Assembly: GCA_038060895.1 (NCBI GenBank)
Contig: JBBTCT010000034.1
Span: 1 to 64,000, forward strand
DNA from: Planctomycetota bacterium
Lineage (GTDB): Bacteria; Planctomycetota; MHYJ01; WSZJ01
Length of the DNA: 64,000 nt
Reading direction: 5' to 3'
Each line of letters opens with the position of its first letter. The stretch's first letter is position 1. This document shows, piece by piece, positions 47,601-55,398 of the stretch. The translations under genes were made by a program, and so were the position numbers. The notes under the pieces are model-generated. The model did no database searches and had not been told where the DNA came from. It was given only the letters and a program-made list of their open reading frames with translations.

Positions 47601-49679
47601 CCGGGCGTCGTTTGTCCAGGCCTGATTTGCCCTCACCACCTCTTCACGAAGGCCTCTCAGCGTTTCCACGAGAACTGCCAGGTTGGCCGCTCGAGCGAGC
47701 GTGTCCGGACCCGAATCCGCCAGAGTAGGGACCTCGCCCCGTTCGATACCGAGTTTCAGCTTTTCGAGTTCACATAGGTCAACGTGGGCGTCGAGCAGCG
47801 CGCGAGCCTCGGGAAACTCGACTAGTTGCGGAAGAGATGCGTGCAGGTAGTCGATGTCAATACCCAACTCCCGGCGAGCCTCTCGCAACTGAACAATTTC
47901 GGAATCGGAGAAGCGAGGAGCGAATGTCGGAGCAACACCGATCTCGTCCGGAATCAAGCCAAGAAGTGCCTCGTTGCTAACGACCTCGCGCGCAGCGTCT
48001 TGTGGGTCGATCTCCTGGTCATCTAGTCGGATCTTTGCGAGATTTCGTCTGGCCCAATCAGAAATCTTGCGGTCAATTCCTGCCAGGCTGCCGTGCAACG
48101 CTTCGATCCGTTCTTGCAGACGAAGTATCTCTCGTTTCGTGGCGCCTAGGTCGAGCGACTGTACTTCCGATGCGATCTTGTGGATCGCGTGCTCGAACTG
48201 CTTCATGCCACCGTGTTCACTGGCTAGAAGAGCAATCGAGAGCGGTCGGATCTCTTCCGGCAACTGCTCCTGAAGGACCGCGAGCGCCGGATCCTTCATC
48301 GACGTCACAAGGACGCGCTTGCCGTTCGCAAGAAAGTGGCAAATGACATTTGCAATCGTATGCGTCTTGCCTGTCCCAGGAGGTCCCTGTACGACGACGC
48401 CGTTGAAGACCTCTAGCAGCTGGACGATCCGGACCTGTTCGTCGTTGAAGGCCTTTGGAAAGTAAAGGTCTCGCACCTTGGACTTGGGTGACGAGGAGCC
48501 ACTTTCGCCAGCGTAGGCAACAGACAAGCCGCGGAACTCAGGCAAGTCAATTTCGCGGCTGGTGGTTTCCGGATCCGTCACCAGAGCTTTGACGGCGGGG
48601 GGAAGCTCTTCCTTTCCCTCAGACTCCTGAATCGCTTCCTTCAGCTTTTCCAGGTCCTGCAAAAAGACGCCTTGAGTTCTGGGGCGTGCGAAAACTACCC
48701 ACGTATTTGTCACCTTGAGGTGCTCATCGGCGTCAGGAATGCTGCGATCTTCGGAAGGCACCGTTTCGGGCCAGTAGACCCCGTGCGCGTCCAGGGTAGT
48801 TGCCGCCGAGCGGAGTAAGGATTCAAAGGTGCTCTGATCGAATGGAGAGAAAGTGGTCGTGACCGCCGCAAAATGGTCCTTTGCTGTCTTCTCCAGAACG
48901 CTTACTTCGCAATTCTCTACGCCGGAGCACCAGTCGATTTCAAGTCGAGCATCTGCCTGTCTTGGCCTCACCTTCAAGTTCCCGTTTTCGGGGTCGAGTG
49001 CCAGCTCCACAAGGCGAGTGACTAGCGGGTACGCCACGCGCATCCCATCACAATTCCAGACGCAGATGCCTGCGCCCCATACGAGCTCGATTTGTGACTC
49101 GACGATCCCCCCCTCAAGCTGTTGTTTCAGCGTGAAGAGCTTCGAGTAGAGTTGGATCGATCGCCTTCGCGGCTTCTCCCGTTCTGCCCAAGGCCTCCAC
49201 TCTGAGTCGAGGTAGTCGGAAAATTGGGACCTGACGATCGATGCCTTCGCGAAGTCAGCCAAGGAGACGAACGACAACGAATCTCCGACCTTAGCGCCCG
49301 CACTCGATGTGATACCTGCTTTCGAGTTCTGGCCGGTCTCTGGCGCGGCAGTCGTCGCCCCCAGAAACCTAAGATCAATCTGGCCAAGCAATTTGGGAGG
49401 CTCGGTCGGCAGGTCCTGGACTTCAACCCAGGGTCGGAGGATCTCACTTTTGATTCTCGGCGGCGGGTCCGGATGGAGTCGTTCCACCGAGAGCCACACT
49501 TCGTCATCGCCCTCGGCATCGTGAAGATCTAGATGGATCCCTGGCAGACCCTGAATCTCATGCTCGTGCATCGAGAAGAGTCGGTGCTGCGCGACGCTCG
49601 AAACGAACTTGCTCCGCAGGCGCGCAGATTGCTGCGCGAACTCGATCAGTGAGACCAAACGATCATGGGCGGAACTCAC
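44694..49679 (-). CDS. Large SF1 (Upf1/DNA2-like) helicase with C-terminal Vsr/MTES_1575-like nuclease
   Basis: QGPPGTGKT, DEASQ, VGDDKQ, LKEHFRC, FQGKERD, RFNVAASRAR; ESPFE..PQV.VG.YRIDLVV..AIECDG..YH..RQRVLERAGW; start probably GTG 49679 (track gives 49736). Confidence 0.9.
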   Translation of the reverse strand: MSSAHDRLVSLIEFAQQSARLRSKFVSSVAQHRLFSMHEHEIQGLPGIHLDLHDAEGDDEVWLSVERLHPDPPPRIKSEILRPWVEVQDLPTEPPKLLGQIDLRFLGATTAAPETGQNSKAGITSSAGAKVGDSLSFVSLADFAKASIVRSQFSDYLDSEWRPWAEREKPRRRSIQLYSKLFTLKQQLEGGIVESQIELVWGAGICVWNCDGMRVAYPLVTRLVELALDPENGNLKVRPRQADARLEIDWCSGVENCEVSVLEKTAKDHFAAVTTTFSPFDQSTFESLLRSAATTLDAHGVYWPETVPSEDRSIPDADEHLKVTNTWVVFARPRTQGVFLQDLEKLKEAIQESEGKEELPPAVKALVTDPETTSREIDLPEFRGLSVAYAGESGSSSPKSKVRDLYFPKAFNDEQVRIVQLLEVFNGVVVQGPPGTGKTHTIANVICHFLANGKRVLVTSMKDPALAVLQEQLPEEIRPLSIALLASEHGGMKQFEHAIHKIASEVQSLDLGATKREILRLQERIEALHGSLAGIDRKISDWARRNLAKIRLDDQEIDPQDAAREVVSNEALLGLIPDEIGVAPTFAPRFSDSEIVQLREARRELGIDIDYLHASLPQLVEFPEARALLDAHVDLCELEKLKLGIERGEVPTLADSGPDTLARAANLAVLVETLRGLREEVVRANQAWTNDARENLRRKEKAELFKMLEALGAELNAESAAQKSFLARPVETPGEVERDLEVRAAIGNLAEGRSPFGLIAGLLGKSEQKRRLRGILILGNPPASAADWRQVLAFLDHLQRLRALALRWNQLAAPIGLAPVPGDAAEGGLKAAELYGLYAKVRAIVQAESDLRDQAVRVFPRWPHHRLVSEDAEKLDDLERALRHHLAKNRLANVWNTMGRFSKVLDGRQGRVVEDLRRFLKETLGNSQVSEATLQSTWSALMTELSRVLALKSALATVRDVCALIEDSGASQFAESLRQPLQGAHDPLLPDNLKSVWRVRRLASHLDSIDAHLALKKLAREREELSTDLARAYRDIVGKRTWLNLTQNASHSVRAALQGYLNAIMKIGKGTGKRAVRYRQDARKAAELANPAVPAWIMPHYRVSESLPPRIGCFDLVVIDEASQSDLTALPAMLRAKKILVVGDDKQVSPEGVGLEEDKVRNLMGRFLADQVPTFGPQMAPDRSMYDLFKVVFAGSSVTLKEHFRCVTSIIEYSKREFYNHELRPLRIPRASERLDPPLIDVVVENGFRTEDVNLPEVRFIVDEIRHIVADPRMKDRSIGVVSLLADKQAFAVWERLTAEVGPDVIRRHQIACGDARTFQGKERDIMFLSMVSAPNDVGAPPTRATFEQRFNVAASRARDRMYLVRSVGPENLSDADKLRRSLIAHFSSPFAQDEVRAADLRKLCESPFEREMYDELISRGYLVTPQVGVGQYRIDLVVEGGNDERLAIECDGDQYHGADQWASDMRRQRVLERAGWVFWRCFASAFLRRRGHVIEDLQKSLRERGIEPVGAAGARRSIHTERRTVSPSMEKRATLNAFQECPTVATSSEIPPVGPQGARADFVAPPLRSVTATDRPAAERTAAPLDAQQTLFSRRESDDLDPKMLREVEQLCRGQNLKSADHRAKLGALWVYHLGTEGPVAARLKELGFKFANNKGWWIK

Positions 49680-49825
49680 GCCCAGCCATGCAACATCGCT
49701 GACATCATGTCGGTCAAGGGTACTGTAGACTTCCACCGCGGAGTGACGACTCGCCCCGTTGCCGGTCTGCGACGCCTAGCAGTATTCCGGCCTCCGATCG
49801 AAGTGTTGCCGCCTCCAAGGACACG

Positions 49826-50428
49826 ATGGACAACCCAGCTCCCACACACGCGCAGGCGATTCGAAAACCGGCGACCATCGATCAGGCTTTCGTCCGTGAA
49901 GTCGTCGGCGAGTTTCCGCATGGAAGCTGGAAATCCCTGCGAGGTTCAAACCTCAGCTCGTCGACCGAAGCCAACTCAAAAGCACGATCTTGGAAGTGCG
50001 TGCGATGCCTCCATAAAGTCGGAGGCGTCTACGCATTCTTGTTTCCGGAGAGCCACTTTCTCGAAGAGCGCGAAATCTCACTCGACGGACCGCTGAAGCG
50101 AAGCATCCCATTCAGATTTAGTCACAAGACTCACCCTGCACACGAGGGGTACGTCGTGGCCTACGTCGGAAAAGCCACGAACCTGAGTCAGCGATTCAAG
50201 TTGCACTTCAGCAGGACCGAAAGGAGCACCGTCGTGCAGGTCAGAGCCGGTCTCGTCAAGTCGGGTTTCTGCGTGGATCGCCACCTTGCGCTGGATTTCA
50301 TGCTCCAGCACGCGGTGATCAGGTATCGAGAACTGACAGGAGATGAGCACGCCGCCAACCGCGACCTCCTGGAGTTGTCGCTGTGCGCGCGCTTCGCGCC
50401 ACCGTTCAACATCAAATCTGAACGGTGA
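49826..50428 (+). CDS. GIY-YIG-like nuclease
   Basis: GGVYAF...YVGKATNLSQRFKLH...E..C....PPFN. Confidence 0.7.
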   Translation: MDNPAPTHAQAIRKPATIDQAFVREVVGEFPHGSWKSLRGSNLSSSTEANSKARSWKCVRCLHKVGGVYAFLFPESHFLEEREISLDGPLKRSIPFRFSHKTHPAHEGYVVAYVGKATNLSQRFKLHFSRTERSTVVQVRAGLVKSGFCVDRHLALDFMLQHAVIRYRELTGDEHAANRDLLELSLCARFAPPFNIKSER

Positions 50429-50576
50429 GCTCTCGTCGAACTTGCAGAGCACGAGACTTGAGTGGCGCGGTGTCTCGGTGGGCTTGCTTTCACCACACCG
50501 GAGGCTACGATTCCAGTTTGATGCAGTTCACGGCCCGCGAGCCGCACTAATCCGCAGGCTCTCCGGAGAGTGAAAG

Positions 50577-51587
50577 TTGAGCGAACGTCATCGCCTGCTC
50601 GAATCGATCGCGAAGATAACGTCGGACTACCGCACCGGCGAAGTCGCAGCTCCTTCTCCGGAGCACGTCGAGAGGTGGGTCGCTCAGTTCGATCCAAAGG
50701 TTCGCGATCCGCTCCTCGCCGAGATGGAGCACGTCCTGCGGCGCAGTTACCTGAGTCGCAAGACCGTCACGACCTTCCTGGGGAAGCAGGTGATGAACAA
50801 CAAGCTCGCAGGCGCTTCACCCTGCGCCTTCTGGAAAGCCGCGCACTTCCTCAGGATCCAGAAGAACGGTCACAGCCAGGAGGAGATGCTCGACCTGTTC
50901 GCCGACTGCCTGAAGTCTCAGTGCAGCATCGACCTGGCTGACTGCGGCAGCGCGGAAGGAGCCTACATCTACCTCGATGACGCGTCGTTCAGCGGCAGCA
51001 GGATGGGCAGCGACCTCGAAGAGTGGATCCTCACGAAGGCTCCCAAGAAGGCAACCGTCCACGTTCTCGTCATCGCGGTCCACGCCCTCGGCGAGTTTCT
51101 GGCAACCAACCGCCTGGACAAGGCCGCGGATCGAGCCGGGAAGAAGATCGACTTCCACATCTGGCGGGCGATCACGATCGAGAATCGCAAAGCGTACCGC
51201 CACTCGTCCGAGGTTCTGTGGCCGGTCAGTCTGCCGAGGAACAAGGACGTGCAGGCCTACGCCGACGAGGAGGACCGGTATCCGTTCGAACCAAGGACTG
51301 CCATTCCCACGAGCACGCAGACCTTCTTCACGTCCGAAGCTGGACGCCAACTCCTCGAGCGAGAAATGCTCCTGGCAGGTGTACGAATCCGCTCGATGAG
51401 CGCGAACCCAAAGAAGATCATGAGGCCGTTGGGCTTCAGTGCCTTCGGGTTGGGCTTTGGGTCGATGATCGTGACGTTCCGAAACTGTCCGAACAACTGT
51501 CCGCTCGCCTTGTGGTGGGGTGACCCGGACTCGACTTCGGAAGGACCGCTGAACTGGTATCCGTTGTTTCCCCGCAAAACCTACTAG
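50577..51587 (+). CDS. Phosphoribosyltransferase-like protein (conflict-type, PRTase-CE-like)
   Basis: GGAG SD + TTG; PRPP-loop-like YIYLDDASFSGS; C-terminal PLGF..GFG..TFRNCPNNCPLALWW..WYPLFPR. Confidence 0.75.
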   Translation: MSERHRLLESIAKITSDYRTGEVAAPSPEHVERWVAQFDPKVRDPLLAEMEHVLRRSYLSRKTVTTFLGKQVMNNKLAGASPCAFWKAAHFLRIQKNGHSQEEMLDLFADCLKSQCSIDLADCGSAEGAYIYLDDASFSGSRMGSDLEEWILTKAPKKATVHVLVIAVHALGEFLATNRLDKAADRAGKKIDFHIWRAITIENRKAYRHSSEVLWPVSLPRNKDVQAYADEEDRYPFEPRTAIPTSTQTFFTSEAGRQLLEREMLLAGVRIRSMSANPKKIMRPLGFSAFGLGFGSMIVTFRNCPNNCPLALWWGDPDSTSEGPLNWYPLFPRKTY

Positions 51588-51602
51588 AGTACGGTGGTGG
51601 TC

Positions 51603-52241
51603 ATGAATCCATCGGGCGCAAAGCGACGTTCGGAGACACGCACCTACCGGCGTTCCGCTTGCGTCGTTTTCTGCAAGACGGCTGAGGAATTCGGTGGTCT
51701 GTCGAACATGGCGGGAGGCTTCCCGCTGGAGATAAACGGGATTCCGATCCTCACTGCAGAGGCCCTGTACCAGGCCTGCAGATTTCCGCACCGTCCCGAG
51801 ATTCAGCGCCTGATCATCGATCAAAAGAGTCCCATGACGGCGAAGATGAAAAGCAAGCCACATCGCGCGGACTCAAGAAGTGACTGGGACGCTGCGCGAG
51901 TCACGATCATGAGGTGGTGCGTGAGGGCGAAGCTCGTGCAAAACCGGTCGAAGTTCGGACCGCTTTTACTATCGACGCTGGATCGCCCCATCGTTGAGGA
52001 ATCGCGGAGAGATGACTTCTGGGGCGCGCAACCCGTCGATGCGGAGGTTCTGGTCGGATCCAATCTCCTTGGCAGGCTGCTGATGGAACTTCGGCAGCAG
52101 TTCCGCGAGACGAATGGGGATGGTTTCAAGCACCTCGACCCTCCCAGAATCCCGAACTTTCAGATTTACGGTGAGCCCATCCGAGTCGTCACGCCACCTT
52201 CGCCGAAGCGGCGGCGCGGTGGAGACTTGTTCGGGAGTTAA
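51603..52241 (+). CDS. NADAR (YbiA-like) N-glycosidase family protein
   Basis: GGLSNMA, TAEALYQACRF, RSDWD, MRWCVRAKL, IVEES.RDDFWG, G.NLLGRLLMELR. Confidence 0.9.
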   Translation: MNPSGAKRRSETRTYRRSACVVFCKTAEEFGGLSNMAGGFPLEINGIPILTAEALYQACRFPHRPEIQRLIIDQKSPMTAKMKSKPHRADSRSDWDAARVTIMRWCVRAKLVQNRSKFGPLLLSTLDRPIVEESRRDDFWGAQPVDAEVLVGSNLLGRLLMELRQQFRETNGDGFKHLDPPRIPNFQIYGEPIRVVTPPSPKRRRGGDLFGS

Positions 52242-52394
52242 CGGGCTCAGCTTGAATGCACATTCCTCCACGACGACTCCATCACAGAGCGGCGAACTTC
52301 GAGCTCGATCGCTGTGGGGCGCGTCGAGCCGCTCGGATCAACCAGCTCGGCGACCACGAAAGCAATATTCGAATTCAAGGAGGCTCAATTCACG

Positions 52395-52988
52395 ATGGGC
52401 AACAAGACAGACTTTCACCGAAAGTTGGATGACTTGTGGAGCCGTCGAACCGAAGAGCTTCGGGCCCTTGTAGGAATTCGTCATCGCGGTCCAAGACTGA
52501 AATTTAACAAGAAGATCCGCGAACAGCGGATCCGGGAGCTCACGGAGCTGGCGACAGAGATTCTGAGGGAAGACGCTAAGGACGAAATCGAAGCTCGCCT
52601 AAACCAAACCGGACGGAGACACATTCGTGGGTACGGCATTCAGGACAGATTCGATCGCATCTGGGACTGGGCCGAATCCTGGATTCGCGGGCCGATCGTG
52701 TATCTCTTCTGGAAAGGAAGTCGCTGCCTCTACGTGGGAAGGGGAAATTCCTGGAAGCGGCTGGGAAGCTACGAAAAGTCGTGGTACCTGAAGGAGGCTG
52801 ACTTGCTGGAAGTCCTTTGCGTCGCAGGAAAGAGCAATCTTCCGTTGGTGGAGTGCCTTTGTGTCCATCTCTATGAACCTCGGGACAACAAGTCGAAGCC
52901 GGCCAACAAAAAGTGGGGCAAGTCCTGCCCAATCTGTCTCACTCACGACCGAATCCAGGACGAATTGAGGTTCGTCTTTGCAACCTGA
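52395..52988 (+). CDS. GIY-YIG-like hypothetical protein
   Basis: AAGGAGG SD; PIVYLF..CLYVGRG..RL; E.L..HLYEP..N; C-terminal CPIC. Confidence 0.65.
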   Translation: MGNKTDFHRKLDDLWSRRTEELRALVGIRHRGPRLKFNKKIREQRIRELTELATEILREDAKDEIEARLNQTGRRHIRGYGIQDRFDRIWDWAESWIRGPIVYLFWKGSRCLYVGRGNSWKRLGSYEKSWYLKEADLLEVLCVAGKSNLPLVECLCVHLYEPRDNKSKPANKKWGKSCPICLTHDRIQDELRFVFAT

Positions 52989-53014
52989 GAGTTCGTTGCC
53001 CTCCCCACACCTCC

Positions 53015-53165
53015 CTACTCCATGTCCTCCGCCTCCACGATCTCCGTCCTCGGCTTGCCCGTAGCCTTGCTCTTCATGTTGAGCACCTCGAACGTGTACT
53101 TCCCTTTGTGGGCGACGTCGGCGGGGAAGGTCGCCTGGCCGACGCCGTTGAGCGCCTTCAGCACG
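53015..53165 (-). pseudogene. Probable 3' remnant of an unidentified gene
   Basis: Host-like codon frame VLKALNGVGQATFPADVAHKGKYTFEVLNMK...EAEDME* with no credible start. Confidence 0.3.
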
Positions 53166-53214
53166 CGGTTCGTTCGACTCGCCCGCTTCCACGGCGAGCG
53201 GCCCGCAGTTCCCA

Positions 53215-53576
53215 CTCGTGAAACAGCCCGCACGATCCGTTTCCCGCCGCGATACCATTCGCAACGCGTTCGATCCGGCGTCCCAGTGAGGCGGCATGCT
53301 GCGGAAGACATGGCTGGCACTTCTCCTCTGCGCGGCCCCGCTCGCGGCCGAGGAGGGCTACGACGCGGGCGACAGCTGCCCCGACTTTGAGCTCTTCAAC
53401 ACGGACGGCCGCGCCGTCCGGCTCTCCGAATTCCGCGGGCGCGTCGTGGTGCTTCACCTGTTCGCCACGTGGTGAGGCGGCTGCCAGGCGGGCGGGGCGC
53501 CGATCGCGCAGTTCGCGCGGGAGATGAAGGACGACGGGCGGGTGGCGTTCGTCGAGATCGCGGGCGGGGAGACGCC
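53215..53576 (+). repeat. Direct repeat copy A (upstream region + 5' part of a Sec-redoxin gene)
   Basis: Matches 61089-61450 with about 8 differences in 362 bp (counted by eye). Confidence 0.95.
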
Positions 53577-53652
53577 CGAAGCCGCGGCGGAGCGCGAGAG
53601 TTCGACTATGATCACGGGCGATGGAAGTCTCCCTCCACGCGAACATGTGTGA
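53296..53652 (+). pseudogene. Truncated secreted TlpA/AhpC-TSA redoxin with UxxC (selenocysteine) active site
   Basis: Signal peptide, G..CPDFEL...DG..VRLSEFRGRVVVLHLFATW-TGA(53473)-GGC; frame continues; diverges from copy B after GGETP. Confidence 0.8.
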
Positions 53653-53737
53653 CGCGACAACAAGTCGAATCGCTCACGCTCTTCGCGCTCCCTTCAAGTC
53701 TCTTGGCAGCGCCCTGAGCAAGGATTACGGCGGGACG

Positions 53738-54091
53738 ATGAAGAATCTGTGGATTGACCTGGAATTGATCGAGTCGCGCGCGAAGCCTCGGCCCTTTCGC
53801 TTCCAGAAGAAGGTGGGTGGAAGTTCACCGGACAAGCTCACGGGATTACCCAGAGAAGTTCATGAGAATGTCGGCCACTACAGCGTCTGCCCTGACTTCG
53901 AGAAGCTTCGCCAACTCCCGCAAGACTCGGTTGTCAGCTACGTGCTGGGTGTCGTCTACGTCTCGACTTCGGTACTCCTCGACAAAAGGAAAAAGCTCGG
54001 AGGACTCGATGCCGAGCGATTCCGCGCCGATTTCGTCACGGCCTGCGAACAGCTCGGCCATGCGGTGATCGCGGAGAACGGGCCGGGCTAG
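53738..54091 (+). CDS. Hypothetical protein (possible immunity-like)
   Basis: ATG 53738; 117 aa; no secure motif. Confidence 0.55.
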   Translation: MKNLWIDLELIESRAKPRPFRFQKKVGGSSPDKLTGLPREVHENVGHYSVCPDFEKLRQLPQDSVVSYVLGVVYVSTSVLLDKRKKLGGLDAERFRADFVTACEQLGHAVIAENGPG

Positions 54092-54121
54092 CCTACAGAG
54101 GGCAGCCTCCGTCGACAGGAC

Positions 54122-54260
54122 TTACTCGACGCTCTCGGCGCCTCGACGCGAAGCCCCTCTCGTGTCGGCCTCGAAGTCCTTCCGCTTGATCTTCGCCCGC
54201 CGGCCATCGGGGTGGCGAAAGACGATGCCCTCCGCAAGGTGCCCGGGCGAGGACCGAGCA
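54122..54260 (-). pseudogene. C-terminal remnant of an RNA ligase (DUF5565-like)
   Basis: Minus frame PGHLAEGIVFRHPDGRAKIKRKDF (nucleotidyltransferase motifs IV and V); N-terminal part absent. Confidence 0.6.
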
Positions 54261-54329
54261 CCGGGCGCTGGGCGGCGGCCATGGATTCCTTCTGAGGCGA
54301 GGGAGAAGCGAAAACGCTAGATTCGCGGC

Positions 54330-55283
54330 ATGCGAAACGTCCGAACGGGACCGGCGCCCCGGAAAAGGGTGCCGGAAGTCTGGCTCGTGGCCGCGGAGAC
54401 ACCCGAGGGACTCATCGAGTACAGGACGTTCGGCACGCGGCGCGAAGCGCTGGCCTGTCATCGCGAAGAGCCGACAGTCCAGTGGGGAGACGAGACTTTT
54501 CGCACGGTTGTCGTCCGGGACTCGCCGGACCTGGTTCTCCGCACCAACGACATCCGGCTGAAACGGGGCTTCGACGTGACGCGGCGCGAAATCTGGCTGA
54601 AGCGTTGCGCGCCATGGCTCAAGGGCCTGCAATCGAGCGCGCGGACAACGCGGGTCTTTGTGTGGGAGGACGTCCCGCCGAAGGGCTTGCTCGAGACGCG
54701 CCTCGGCGGGCCACCTCTTCTGCGGTATGGCGAAACCCATCCCCGGTGCGCGGACTGCAGCAGCATGATGTCGTTCGTGGGCGCCCTGGACTTCCGCGGA
54801 TCGCAGTTCCGACGCCAAGCCGGCGGCGACCTGCTCGCAGCCTGGTTCTGTTTCGAATGCGGCGCTTCCCCGAGCCACGCCGCGCGCTGGTACTCGCGCG
54901 GCGACGCGATCCTGGAGGCGTGCACGCCGCTAGAAGCCAAGTCGTTTCCGTGCCGAGCCGGCCGCGCCGTGACGACGATCGACCTGCCCGCGCGGATGGG
55001 CGACGAGCGGCATCCCTACTGGAATCCCGCGACGCAGGATCACTTTCTCGTCGGGCGGAGCGCCTACGGTAAGGTCACGGCCTGGGGGACGAAGATCGGG
55101 GGGCACCAGTTCTGGGTTCAGGGAGAGCAAGTCCCGAAGTGCCGCTGCCGGAAGCCGATGAGGTGGCTCGGGCAATTCTCGAGCGCCTTCGAAGTGCAGA
55201 TGGATGACGCCGGGATCATGTACATTTTCTTCTGCGCGAAAGGGCGCTGCGGGCTTACCACACTGGTTACGCAGGGGTTCTAG
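54330..55283 (+). CDS. YwqG/DUF1963-like protein
   Basis: TRLGGPP, PRCADC...MSFVGALD, TKIGGHQFWVQ..PKC.C...MRWLGQ, DAGIMYIFFC, terminal Q. Confidence 0.7.
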   Translation: MRNVRTGPAPRKRVPEVWLVAAETPEGLIEYRTFGTRREALACHREEPTVQWGDETFRTVVVRDSPDLVLRTNDIRLKRGFDVTRREIWLKRCAPWLKGLQSSARTTRVFVWEDVPPKGLLETRLGGPPLLRYGETHPRCADCSSMMSFVGALDFRGSQFRRQAGGDLLAAWFCFECGASPSHAARWYSRGDAILEACTPLEAKSFPCRAGRAVTTIDLPARMGDERHPYWNPATQDHFLVGRSAYGKVTAWGTKIGGHQFWVQGEQVPKCRCRKPMRWLGQFSSAFEVQMDDAGIMYIFFCAKGRCGLTTLVTQGF

Positions 55284-55398
55284 AAAGACACGAATCCCCG
55301 GCGGCGCCGCAGAAGGCGGTTGCGAAGCTGCGATTGTTTCATGAACTCTGGAGTGGCGGTTTCGTTAGCGTGATGAGGCCCGCTTTGGAGCCACATCA

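Noticed and set aside
50577-52241. Calling the pair DarTG1 or ShosTA
   Set aside because: No DarT ADP-ribosyltransferase ORF recognised; the only DprA-like gene is the backbone dprA about 30 kb away
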